From a virus (taxonomy: Duplodnaviria; Caudoviricetes): DNA of 29,778 nucleotides. Positions within the stretch are counted from its first letter, which is position 1. Every line of letters starts with the position of its first letter. Positions 9,134-17,673 of this stretch are shown piece by piece. The notes under the pieces are model-generated. The model worked only from the letters and a program-made list of their open reading frames with translations, made no database searches and had not been told where the DNA came from. The DNA lies in IMG/VR virus record IMGVR_UViG_3300018030_000010, positions 1 to 29,778 of that record; one strand, given 5' to 3'. The position numbers and the translations under genes were made by a program.

Positions 9134-9215
9134 TGCTTTTGTTTTCAGCCAAAAGCCAGATTACGAAAAGTGCTATAAAAACTGCTAAAAGTTCCATCTC
9201 TCTTATCTTTTCCAC

Positions 9216-9246
9216 TCAGTCCTCAGTCCTGAGCAACTCAGTCCTC
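9216..9246. repeat. Family I 7-bp repeat
   Basis: ctcagtcctcagtcctgagcaactcagtcct. Confidence 0.8.
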
Positions 9247-9250
9247 TCCC

Positions 9251-9601
9251 TTAGGCTTCCATCCTCACGCAATGTAGCATGAACCCGAATGGATTCGGAT
9301 ATGCCGAAACTACCTGGAATCTTCTGCCAAGATCGTCTGTCACAAAATCCCGGTCCTGGACCGTCGTCGCGTCGAATCCGGGAGCAAGCCGGAAATAGAT
9401 GCTCCATTGGGCCTTTGTCACGTCCAGGGGCAAATTCGGGGCGTTCTTTTGTCCTATTCTCCTTGGCTGTATCCCGGCCGCGATCTCCGAAACGATCACC
9501 GTCTCGGAGGCCTCCACGTCGCCTCCATATCCTTGCAGCCCGGCCCCGGTCTGCGCTGTAGCGCGCGTTATGCTGATCGTCCGGTCGTATAAAAAGCTCA
9601 T
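9251..9601 (-). CDS. Putative head closure / head-tail adaptor protein
   Basis: 116 aa beta-rich; RDFVTDDLGRRFQVVS; synteny. Confidence 0.7.
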   Translation of the reverse strand: MSFLYDRTISITRATAQTGAGLQGYGGDVEASETVIVSEIAAGIQPRRIGQKNAPNLPLDVTKAQWSIYFRLAPGFDATTVQDRDFVTDDLGRRFQVVSAYPNPFGFMLHCVRMEA

Positions 9602-9609
9602 AGGACCCT

Positions 9610-9726
9610 TTCACCACAGAGGCACAGAGGACACGGAGAAAAGAAACTGGCTTGGCTGAAGACAAAAATCTTTTGCATTTGCTTCCCGTTGATCTTCTCT
9701 GTGCTCTTCGTGCGCTTCGTGGTGAA
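9610..9726. repeat. Hybrid element: family B left arm, B/A chimeric right arm
   Basis: ttcaccacagaggcacagaggacacggag ... ctctgtgctcttcgtgcgcttcgtggtgaa. Confidence 0.85.
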
Positions 9727-9730
9727 TACT

Positions 9731-10651
9731 TTATCCCAGCGGCATTACCACCCACGGCCTCAGCATTGCCTTCACGTCCTCGCTTAAATTCGATGCAACG
9801 AAGTTTTGGATGGACGTCTCTCCGGTCCGGCTGCTTTTTACCGCCCCGTACATGGGATTCATCTGCAGGGCCGTTATAAGCTGGGCCGTACCCAGCTTAA
9901 CGCCGTCCGGAAGGTTCGCATACGTGAATCCGGATATGTACCGGATCTTGGTCTCGGAATAATACGCAATCATTATCCCGGCCGGGATCCAGATCTGCCC
10001 GGTCGCCCGGTCGACCCCGCACGTCGCCGGATCCCATATTTCCCAGGCGGGCGGTCCGCCGAACTTGCTCAAGGCCGCGAGCAGGTTGAAATCATCGACG
10101 TTATAGTTCCCCGCATCTCCGCGCCGCCCGTAACCGTACCTGCCCGTGCCGCCAATGACGCGCACTACCGGCGTCCGGGACAGGATCGTAAGCGGCCGGT
10201 CCTTCGGCATATATTTCTGCTCGGTGATGACCAGGCCGCTCTCCATCGTGCAATTTGCCCCGTGCGAAAACATTACATTCCGTAGAGTTAGGCTGAGCTG
10301 ACCCGGAGGCGTTCCGGTTATCGATACGACAATGCAAGCCTCGGCCGCCGCCGGATTTGCCCTGTCCAGGATGAGCACGTCCCCTACCTGGAGCATAAGC
10401 AGAGGCCCCGTGACCTGTACAACGACATTTGCTCCGGGCACTATTGCTCCCACGCTTGCAAGGGAAAACTCCGCAGAAAGCGCCTGCATCCAGGACGGCT
10501 GCCCGGCGCCGTCGGGCGCCCAGATAAGCCCTTCGGGCCTCCTCAAATAGGCGCTGTCCAGCATGGCGGACGCCTGGTACACCTGGGGCGCCGTTGTATT
10601 TGCCACGCCGAACGTGGCATAGTCCTGCGCTTGCAGGTAAATCGAAGCCAA
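9731..10651 (-). CDS. Putative head-tail connector protein
   Basis: 306 aa after capsid; ASAMLDSAYLRR and YISGF..LPDGVKLGTAQLI...VKAMLRPW pattern typical of gp6/gp15-like connectors; TTG start. Confidence 0.7.
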   Translation of the reverse strand: MASIYLQAQDYATFGVANTTAPQVYQASAMLDSAYLRRPEGLIWAPDGAGQPSWMQALSAEFSLASVGAIVPGANVVVQVTGPLLMLQVGDVLILDRANPAAAEACIVVSITGTPPGQLSLTLRNVMFSHGANCTMESGLVITEQKYMPKDRPLTILSRTPVVRVIGGTGRYGYGRRGDAGNYNVDDFNLLAALSKFGGPPAWEIWDPATCGVDRATGQIWIPAGIMIAYYSETKIRYISGFTYANLPDGVKLGTAQLITALQMNPMYGAVKSSRTGETSIQNFVASNLSEDVKAMLRPWVVMPLG

Positions 10652-10666
10652 CTCGAAACCCCATTC

Positions 10667-10804
10667 TCACCACGAAGACCACGAAGAACATGAAGAAGAA
10701 ACTTGTGGAAAAGAAAAGAAATCTGCAGAAATCTATTCCTTGTCCAAGAGATCTTTTCTCTTTACCCTTTGTGCCCTTCGTGCCCTTCGTGCCCTTCGTG
10801 GTGA
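10667..10804. repeat. Family A inverted element
   Basis: tcaccacgaagaccacgaagaacatgaag ... cttcgtgcccttcgtgcccttcgtggtga. Confidence 0.9.
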
Positions 10805-10811
10805 TTCGCCC

Positions 10812-11837
10812 TTACGGCCTCTGCACCACCCCGACACTGTGCGCGTAAGCTGCGCCCTTAACGACCAAAGTATCGAACTTCACGCCGACGAACTGCCCGG
10901 CCAGGTTGCCCACCAATCCCAACTGGAACAGCCTCGGATTGGGATTGAATTCCTTGCCGGAGATGACCGGAATTTCGATGTCATCCTCAGACAGGATCGC
11001 GGCGTAATAATTCTGGTTCCCACCCGGAGGCGCGCCGAACCCGTAAGCTGCCCCTGCATCGGTAGGCATGAAGGCGTCGCCGATGATCGGCAGCACTCCC
11101 GCCTGGGTCGAAAGCCCCCCAACCGTTACACCGGCCACTACTTCAACGGGTTTCAATTCGAGTTTTGCGGCCTTCAATTCCTGGTCGATGTAGTCGCCCA
11201 GTACAGGGTTCACATAGATGGCGCTTGGCTTAGGCTTATACAACTGGTTAGCCAGCATCAACGCGACCTGGCTCTTAAGGCCGTCGATAATGGATGCGGC
11301 AGGACTGATCGTGAACTGCAGCGTGATCTGCGCAAGCGCGCCCATCCACTGGAGCTGCGTGGGCGTCATCAGGCTGGTGTCGTTTCCGGACCAGAACATC
11401 TGCGCCCGCAGCCTTTCGATTGCACTGATGATATCGTCCACGTCTTTAGCAACAACAGAGGCAAATTGCCCCTGCTGTTCGGTAACATCCCGGTCGAACA
11501 GGCTGAGGTTGCTTTGCGCCGTCGCAGCCTTGATAAAGGCCGGCCGCTCGACCCTGGTCGGACCGGTAGCAGTTGCGGACAGGTTTCGTGGATCGACCGC
11601 TGCCGCCTGGGCAACCGCCGTCTGCTCGAAATACCTGTGCGGGTGCCCTGTGGCAGGGCACTGCGCGGACGCCAACCGCTGCATCGTAATGCTCGTCCGC
11701 CTGATTATGTCCATGATCTCGCGTTCGAAGATCGGGACCTCGATGGCCCCGGTCCCGAGGTAGTCGGCCGCAGCCTGGAGCCCGAGATGGGTAGGGTCGC
11801 CTGAAAGCGCTATCATTTTTGCCGTGATTCTATTCAT
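10812..11837 (-). CDS. Major capsid protein
   Basis: 341 aa downstream of protease/scaffold; strong AAGGAGG RBS; size and position fit HK97-fold capsid. Confidence 0.85.
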   Translation of the reverse strand: MNRITAKMIALSGDPTHLGLQAAADYLGTGAIEVPIFEREIMDIIRRTSITMQRLASAQCPATGHPHRYFEQTAVAQAAAVDPRNLSATATGPTRVERPAFIKAATAQSNLSLFDRDVTEQQGQFASVVAKDVDDIISAIERLRAQMFWSGNDTSLMTPTQLQWMGALAQITLQFTISPAASIIDGLKSQVALMLANQLYKPKPSAIYVNPVLGDYIDQELKAAKLELKPVEVVAGVTVGGLSTQAGVLPIIGDAFMPTDAGAAYGFGAPPGGNQNYYAAILSEDDIEIPVISGKEFNPNPRLFQLGLVGNLAGQFVGVKFDTLVVKGAAYAHSVGVVQRP

Positions 11838-11863
11838 CGCCTTTCCCTCCTTAAAAGCAGTTA

Positions 11864-12022
11864 TTCACCACAGAGGCGCAGAGAAAGAGTTTTCACGCGA
11901 AGACGCGAAGACGCGAAGAAGGGAATACGAAAAGCCCAACTTTTGCCTTGCTTCGCGTCTTCGCGGCTTCGCGTGAGATCATTTTTGCCTAGCCTCTATA
12001 CTCTCTGTGTCTCTGCGGTGAA
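11864..12022. repeat. Family B element with complete family C element nested inside (11892-11976)
   Basis: ttcaccacagaggcgcagag [ttcacgcgaagacgcgaag...cttcgcgtga] ctctgtgtctctgcggtgaa. Confidence 0.9.
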
Positions 12023-12029
12023 GAGTTTT

Positions 12030-13442
12030 TTACGCAGCTTTCCCCATCGGCAGAAGTCCCCCGGCTGCCAGCTTGAGCTTCGCCTCTATGGCCGCACGTC
12101 CCTTAATCCCGGCTGCTTCGAGCGTTCTGTCCACATCCTCGACATTCAGTTCGCCCTTTTCAATGCTGGCGAGCAAGCCGGTTTTGTTGAGCAGGGCAGT
12201 GATTTCCGGAGTGAGTGTCTTTCTTCCCGGATTTGCGGCAGCCTCAAAAGCCTTCGCCTGGAGGTCCTTCATTTGCGTCCCGATGGATTCGATCTCGGCC
12301 TTGATGCCTTCGAACAGCTTTTTGGTTTCGCCCTCCGCGCCGGCCTGCATTGCATACATCCAATTCGTATCGTGGAAAACACTCGAAGGCAGTTCATGCG
12401 GCATCCGGCCCTGTGCGGCCTCGGTTTCCATGTGATGCGCAATTTTGTGCAGGACCGCCACATGACCGCGTGTCGCATGCAGCCCGATCCCTTCGGCCCT
12501 GCAAGCTTCTGCGCAGGCCTTGCACGCCTCGGCATGCGGGTGCACCTTGTCCATGATGGCCTTGTTGGCCTCAATCTGGCTCTGCGCTGATGTCTGCGCT
12601 GCTTCCAGCTTCTCCAGCCTTTTTCCGAGTTCTCCCAAGAGCTTTTTCAACTCTTCCATCTCAGCACTCTCCTTTTCGGCTTGCGCCGCCAAAGACGTTG
12701 TCGTGTATGCGGCATCGGCCTTGTAGAGCACCGCCGCCCCCGTAAATGTTATTTCCTCGATTACCCAGGGATCTTCGTCCATGTCCCGAACCCGGACGTC
12801 CGCTTCATAGCTGAATCCGAGCAGGTCCTTTTCCTCGCGGATGAGGGCCACTTCTTCAGGGAAATCCTTCGCGTAGAAAAAGCCTTCTATGGTGAGCGCG
12901 TTCCGGTCGATATCGTCTCCGGTAATCAGACCGATTTTCTTCTTGGGATCGTGGCCGTCAAGAGTGGCCTTAAAATCCACGCCCATTCCGAGCAGGCTCG
13001 GCAATGCCTTTTCCGCCGCTTCTTTCGGAATAAAGGTCCTGTGCCCGTCCGCGCCTCCGACCGCATAATCGCTCGGTTCGTTCACCCGCAGGAGCACGCC
13101 GGAAAAAGGGGCCCTGTTCGGATGGCCGGATACTTCGGGCAGTTCCAGCGCCATCGCCTCAAAGCGCACACCGGCGAATTGCCGGGATTTTGCTTCCTGC
13201 TTCCCGCTTCCTGCTTCCTGCTTCTGCCATTCTCTGGTATCGATCCCGAATTTCTTCGCCCTCTCGAGTATCCGCTCCCGCGCGCGCTTTTTTTCTTCGG
13301 GAGTGAGGTCCTTGGTCCGATTTACCATGTCCCAGGCGAGCCTCACGTGCTCTTCGTTGTGCATCGGGAGTTCTCGCTTGCCCGGCACGGCGAAATCGCT
13401 CGCCGGAAGCGCATCTCTTTCTTTTTGCGTCAGTTTGGCCAT
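12030..13442 (-). CDS. Putative prohead protease/scaffold with N-terminal DUF6582-like domain
   Basis: MAKLTQKERDALPASDFAVPGKRELPMHNEEHVRLA; protease-like LDGHD...KIG...LGFSYE; coiled-coil C-terminus; directly upstream of capsid. Confidence 0.75.
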   Translation of the reverse strand: MAKLTQKERDALPASDFAVPGKRELPMHNEEHVRLAWDMVNRTKDLTPEEKKRARERILERAKKFGIDTREWQKQEAGSGKQEAKSRQFAGVRFEAMALELPEVSGHPNRAPFSGVLLRVNEPSDYAVGGADGHRTFIPKEAAEKALPSLLGMGVDFKATLDGHDPKKKIGLITGDDIDRNALTIEGFFYAKDFPEEVALIREEKDLLGFSYEADVRVRDMDEDPWVIEEITFTGAAVLYKADAAYTTTSLAAQAEKESAEMEELKKLLGELGKRLEKLEAAQTSAQSQIEANKAIMDKVHPHAEACKACAEACRAEGIGLHATRGHVAVLHKIAHHMETEAAQGRMPHELPSSVFHDTNWMYAMQAGAEGETKKLFEGIKAEIESIGTQMKDLQAKAFEAAANPGRKTLTPEITALLNKTGLLASIEKGELNVEDVDRTLEAAGIKGRAAIEAKLKLAAGGLLPMGKAA

Positions 13443-13455
13443 TGCGATTACTCCT

Positions 13456-13611
13456 AATTGAGGGATTGAAGGATTGAGGAATTAAAGAATTGCGTCCTCA
13501 CAAAAGATCGGACGCCGAACTTAAATCGCTTCACACGGGTTGAAATATTCAACGCGAATCCGAATGAAGTGAGGGTTCATTCTTAAATTCCTAAATTCCT
13601 AAATGGAGAAT
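13456..13611. repeat. Family D + family E composite, inverted relative to 3561-3708
   Basis: E reverse complement at 13492-13577; end motif taaatggagaat equals reverse complement of 3561-3572. Confidence 0.9.
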
Positions 13612-13614
13612 CCC

Positions 13615-13896
13615 TCAATCCGCCTTCCCGTACTTCGCCAAATGCGGCTTGGCCGCCTTGAGGCGCAGCATAAGATCGTTAATGCTCACATACGCCGCGT
13701 GAAGCAACGCGTGGGCCGGGTAGTCTCCGGCCTTCTGCGCGGCATTTGCGGCAGCTTCGAGCTGAGACTGCGCTTCCATAAGCTTTGCGGTATGGCTTTT
13801 TTGCTGCTCGGGCTTGGCTTTTGCCGCTTCTTCCTTCACCAGCCCTTCACCAGGCAGCATTCCTGCCACCGCTTTTTCGCTCGTTTTCGTCGCCAT
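13615..13896 (-). CDS. Hypothetical protein (93 aa, helical)
   Basis: ATG 13896 with AAGGAG RBS; longer ORF call runs into repeat. Confidence 0.7.
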   Translation of the reverse strand: MATKTSEKAVAGMLPGEGLVKEEAAKAKPEQQKSHTAKLMEAQSQLEAAANAAQKAGDYPAHALLHAAYVSINDLMLRLKAAKPHLAKYGKAD

Positions 13897-13916
13897 GATT
13901 AGCTCCTTTCGAAATT

Positions 13917-14053
13917 CCACCACAGAGGTACAGAGGTCACGGAGAAAGACAATCAAGAGGGGACAAGAGGTCCCCTTCTTTAACTATGCCGTTTTCTTTC
14001 CTCGATGCTCTCCGTGTCTCTGTGGTGAGGCCGTTCCGCGCCTCTGCGGTGAA
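13917..14053. repeat. Family B inverted element with a duplicated right end
   Basis: ccaccacagaggtacagaggtcacggag ... ctccgtgtctctgtggtga ... cctctgcggtgaa. Confidence 0.88.
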
Positions 14054-14056
14054 TGC

Positions 14057-14278
14057 TCAGCTTAGGTTCGTAATCTGAGTATTCACAGTGGCGATATTGG
14101 CCGCATCGCTGGCCGGAGTCAGGATATCGGCCACGATGAAACCGAGCAGATCGATCAGTTCCGCGCATTTTTCCTGCGCCTGCTGCATCAATCCGTTCGG
14201 GTCTGCGCTGATCTTTTCCGCCTGCGTCAAGTCGGCGGCGGTCAGGGTAATGCCTGCAAGTACGGTCTTCACTCCCAT
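14057..14278 (-). CDS. Hypothetical protein, paralog of 14524-14811
   Basis: AAGGAG RBS; shared AQ.K..ELI..L..I...NIAT..T.I..LS pattern. Confidence 0.7.
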   Translation of the reverse strand: MGVKTVLAGITLTAADLTQAEKISADPNGLMQQAQEKCAELIDLLGFIVADILTPASDAANIATVNTQITNLS

Positions 14279-14294
14279 GATTTAATTCTCCTTT

Positions 14295-14511
14295 TTCACG
14301 CGAAGACGCGAAGACGCGAAGAAAAACAAAAACCTCTCACGCGGAGAAGCGGAGCCGCAGAGAAAACTTTTGGCTTAGCAGGCAAAACAGGAAGCCACCC
14401 CCCGATGCTTTCTGTTTTTTCTGCATTCTCCTTCCCCCTCTCTGCGTCTCCGCGTCTCCGTGTGATACTTCTTTGTCTTTTACCTCTTCGCGGCTTCGCG
14501 TCTTCGCGTGA
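14295..14511. repeat. Family C element with variant C' element (CACGCGGAG units) nested inside (14337-14465)
   Basis: Two concentric pairs of inverted arms. Confidence 0.9.
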
Positions 14512-14523
14512 GACAGTTATTTG

Positions 14524-14811
14524 TCAGCTCAAATCCGCAATCAACGTCTGCAGCGTCGCTATGTTACTGTCGCCTGCCGGCAGCCGGCTCAAAATCGAAT
14601 TGAGCTGCATGATCAACTCGCGGGCTTTGACCTGGGCGCTTGTAAGCATGCCGGCCATGTCCTCGCCATAGATCTCTCCCGCCACTTTATCGGCGGCCGA
14701 CATCGAAAGCACCGACCCAAGCGCCGTGTAAGTCCCTACCGGCACAAACGAATTGACCGGCATCAGGTTGAAATCTATACAAAATCCTGATAATCCCTGC
14801 ATTAAGCCCAT
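14524..14811 (-). CDS. Hypothetical protein, paralog of 14057-14278
   Basis: AGGAG RBS; shared C-terminal pattern. Confidence 0.7.
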   Translation of the reverse strand: MGLMQGLSGFCIDFNLMPVNSFVPVGTYTALGSVLSMSAADKVAGEIYGEDMAGMLTSAQVKARELIMQLNSILSRLPAGDSNIATLQTLIADLS

Positions 14812-14822
14812 GATGAACTCCT

Positions 14823-14892
14823 GGGTAATGGGTGAGAGGTAATAGGTTATGGGTAAACACCTATAACCCCTAACCCCGGACCCCTGACCTAA
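14823..14892. repeat. Family H 7-bp inverted element (GGTAATG-like ... TAACCCC-like); related arm at 3807-3826
   Basis: gggtaatgggtgagaggtaataggttatgggt / acctataacccctaaccccggacccctgacc. Confidence 0.7.
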
Positions 14893-14895
14893 TTC

Positions 14896-15204
14896 TTACG
14901 CCACGATCAAAACATCAAACGTCCCGGCCGCGAGCGTATTGGCCGCAAGCCTCGGGTTGAGCACCACGCTGAACCCGGTCAGCGTCTTGCTCGTCACGTA
15001 TGCGACCGCGTCCTGGTTCGGCGTCACGATCACGTCATAGGCTGCCGGCAGCCGAAGTCCGGCAACGGCCGTGGTTACGCTTTGCCCTGCGCCGCCTCCG
15101 GCCCCGTTCGCCACGGCCACAAGCACCCCGATGATGCACCGGTCCTGCAATGCCGGCCTGTTCGATCCGGGAGTGCGCTCAATCGTATGTTGTTCAAAAG
15201 CCAT
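14896..15204 (-). CDS. Small beta-rich protein, possible head decoration
   Basis: ATG 15204 with GGGAG; VTSKTLTGFSV...FDVLIVA; head module position. Confidence 0.6.
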   Translation of the reverse strand: MAFEQHTIERTPGSNRPALQDRCIIGVLVAVANGAGGGAGQSVTTAVAGLRLPAAYDVIVTPNQDAVAYVTSKTLTGFSVVLNPRLAANTLAAGTFDVLIVA

Positions 15205-15230
15205 GATTTTTAACTCCCAATTGAAAGACA

Positions 15231-15304
15231 TTTAGGGATTTAAGAATTGAGGAATTTAGAACTTCAATCCCTCAATCCCTTAATTGTTTTTCAATCCCTC
15301 AATT
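15231..15304. repeat. Family D element (empty)
   Basis: tttagggatttaagaattgaggaatttag ... caatccctcaatcccttaatt...caatccctcaatt. Confidence 0.85.
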
Positions 15305-15308
15305 CGCC

Positions 15309-16982
15309 CTAGCTCGCATCTTCCTCGGTCTCGACCGTGATATCTACAACCCCACCGGCCGGGATCGCGCTTCCATTGCCCGAAAGGACCAGGAAATCCG
15401 ACGTGCCGCGAAGCACGAAGGCTTTATCCTGGCGGGTCGAGAAGTCCAAAACCACCGGGTTGTACGCCAGGCCGGTGCCGGCCGCCGAGAACTGAATGCG
15501 GTCCGCGCTCAGAATCGTGCTGTTCCCTGTGCCCTGGGTTGTATAGTTGGCCGTCCCGACCGTCGAAATGGTGGCCGTTGCGCCCGCATCGTTCGGATCG
15601 TGCTTGACTGCCGTAACGGCCGTAAGCACGGCGGACCCGAGCGACCCTGCAGTGGACCACCTGGATGCCTGGATCTGCATGTTTCCGGCGGCCGTTGCGA
15701 CGCCGCCGACCTTGATCAGTTTTACCCTGACTGTCTTGGTGGCAGATCCCTGGATCACCAGGAAGGCGGTAGGTGTGGCTACCATAGAGAAAGCCTGCAC
15801 CGCATAGCGGTATGTGGCCTTATAGCCGTCGCTCGATACAAGGAGCGCGCCCGGATTGCCCGCTGCAATCCTGGGCAGGTAGAACTTGCCGTCGACTGAG
15901 TTGAAAAGCGCATCGCTTTCGACGCCCATGCCGAAGGGCAGGAACCCGGTTATGCCTGGGCTTTGAGCCGCAAACGAATCCCAGGCGACTGTGGTATATG
16001 CGTAACTGTTGATTGTGCCTGGAGAAGCGAGCGTGCCGCACAGGATCGGGACGGTTGTCGAACCTGGCACGTAGTTCAGTCCGACGTAGGCAACCTCGAC
16101 CTGGCTCGATGTGCCGGTGAGGCCTGCGGAGCCGTAGAGAACGATCATCTGTCCCGGCTGGAGCGAGCCGATGCCGCTGACGGCAGGGGCCCCGGAAAGG
16201 GTCAGGCTGACATTCCCGGTCTGCGCCACATAGCCCGAAAGGGTCCCGGTCGTAATCCCCTTGGCCATGACGTTCCGGGCGCGGTCGAAGTTGGCGGCGC
16301 CGCCGGGGCCGCCCGCGTTATACTCGTACTCTGCGGCCACCGAAGTGCCACTTCCGGACGCGCCATCATTCTCACCACTGGCGTCCCGCTCCTGGTTGAA
16401 CGTGAATCCCTGCACCACGACGCTCGCCCCGTGCGTTTTCGCAAAAGTCGCGGTGATGCTCGGCGTGGCGCTGTTCACCGCCGTGACGATAACCAGTTCA
16501 ACATTCGCACCTCCGACGTCGTAATTGAGCACGTCCCCTACTTGGATTTGCCAGGGCACGCCGTTGCTCTTGCCCACAAGTCCCGTTGCGCCTACAAGCG
16601 TGATCGTCGTGGATCCCGGCGCTGCAACGGCCGTCGATGTCCCGACCTGGAAGATCATGGCCTTCATGCCGAGTCCCATCGGCAAGCCTACGGCCGGTAT
16701 GTTATCGGCGCCTGCTTCTCTTTGCCGGTCGATGTTTCCGGCAAGATTGATCAATTGCGCCACTCCACCGGTCAGCAAGCCGTAAGCCGTAGCGCCCGGG
16801 GCCTGGTTGTCCGCGTTGTGGTATTGGGCCACCGTGGCCCCATACCCGCTCGCCGGATCGCAAATCGTGCTGATCCCGCCATAGGAACTGTCCGAAACGA
16901 ATTGATTGACCCGGATGTTCTGAGCCGCCTGGTTGGCATCTTTCACTACCAGGTTGACGTTGTTCACATTGCCGATTGCCAT
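15309..16982 (-). CDS. Large Gly/Ala/Thr-rich beta protein, possible head fibre/decoration
   Basis: 557 aa, AAGGAG RBS, virion-structural composition, located between portal and protease. Confidence 0.6.
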   Translation of the reverse strand: MAIGNVNNVNLVVKDANQAAQNIRVNQFVSDSSYGGISTICDPASGYGATVAQYHNADNQAPGATAYGLLTGGVAQLINLAGNIDRQREAGADNIPAVGLPMGLGMKAMIFQVGTSTAVAAPGSTTITLVGATGLVGKSNGVPWQIQVGDVLNYDVGGANVELVIVTAVNSATPSITATFAKTHGASVVVQGFTFNQERDASGENDGASGSGTSVAAEYEYNAGGPGGAANFDRARNVMAKGITTGTLSGYVAQTGNVSLTLSGAPAVSGIGSLQPGQMIVLYGSAGLTGTSSQVEVAYVGLNYVPGSTTVPILCGTLASPGTINSYAYTTVAWDSFAAQSPGITGFLPFGMGVESDALFNSVDGKFYLPRIAAGNPGALLVSSDGYKATYRYAVQAFSMVATPTAFLVIQGSATKTVRVKLIKVGGVATAAGNMQIQASRWSTAGSLGSAVLTAVTAVKHDPNDAGATATISTVGTANYTTQGTGNSTILSADRIQFSAAGTGLAYNPVVLDFSTRQDKAFVLRGTSDFLVLSGNGSAIPAGGVVDITVETEEDAS

Positions 16983-17012
16983 TGGTTTTCTCCTTTTTGC
17001 GCTAAATTGACA

Positions 17013-17099
17013 AAGGCGCCGCCGTGGAAGACGGCGCTACCTCATAAATTGAGATATCTTCCTATCCGGTAGCGCCGCCTTCTTCCACGGCGGCGCCTT
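17013..17099. repeat. Family G: inverted pair of GTAG-REP-like palindromes (REPIN-like doublet)
   Basis: GTAG followed by CGCCGCC...GGCGGCG palindrome, two copies inverted around a 26-bp AT-rich spacer. Confidence 0.85.
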
Positions 17100-17110
17100 C
17101 GCACCCGTTT

Positions 17111-17479
17111 TTAAGCCGCATCCCCATTTTGCCTTTGCTCTTCTTCGTGTCCTTCGTGTCCTTCGTGGTGAGATTGCTTTTCCACGATCCTCATCGGATT
17201 TTGTGCCTGCTTCATCGCCGCCCTCAGCGCCTCGAACCCCGGCGGCAGCACCGCATCTTCACCGCCGCATTTTTTGCAGACGTACTTGAACAGGCTCGAT
17301 TGAAAGAATGGCTGACCGGTTTGATTCGCCGGATGGTCTTCGGCTATCCAGACTACCTGATAAACCGCCTCGAACTCCGGATGCCCGCAAATTTTGCAAA
17401 CCATAACTGCCGTGTCCATCGGTCCCGGCTCCCTGGGCGCTTCCGCCTTTTTTTTGCCCTTATTTTTCCGCTCGCTCAT
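17111..17479 (-). CDS. Hypothetical zinc-ribbon protein; C-terminus encoded by a family A arm (17142-17171)
   Basis: CKIC...CKKC; ends SHHEGHEGHEEEQ. Confidence 0.65.
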   Translation of the reverse strand: MSERKNKGKKKAEAPREPGPMDTAVMVCKICGHPEFEAVYQVVWIAEDHPANQTGQPFFQSSLFKYVCKKCGGEDAVLPPGFEALRAAMKQAQNPMRIVEKQSHHEGHEGHEEEQRQNGDAA

Positions 17480-17503
17480 ATGATTGCCCTTTCTAATTTA
17501 TGA

Positions 17504-17670
17504 TTTATGCGTTTCGCCGGCTGCCCGGCCATGTGCGGAACCCTCACTTCGTTCAGGTCCGCGCTGAGCATTAGAACCAGCGTTCGGTACTTCAAACTCA
17601 TGCCCGATCTTTTGTGAGGGCGCGCACGTGCGCCGGATATTGAGGGGTGCGGGACGGTCACCGCTCCGCG
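17504..17670. repeat. Family F element with family E (17539-17623) inserted at the centre of its CACGTG palindrome
   Basis: Flanks match uninterrupted F at 9002-9085. Confidence 0.88.
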
Positions 17671-17673
17671 CTC

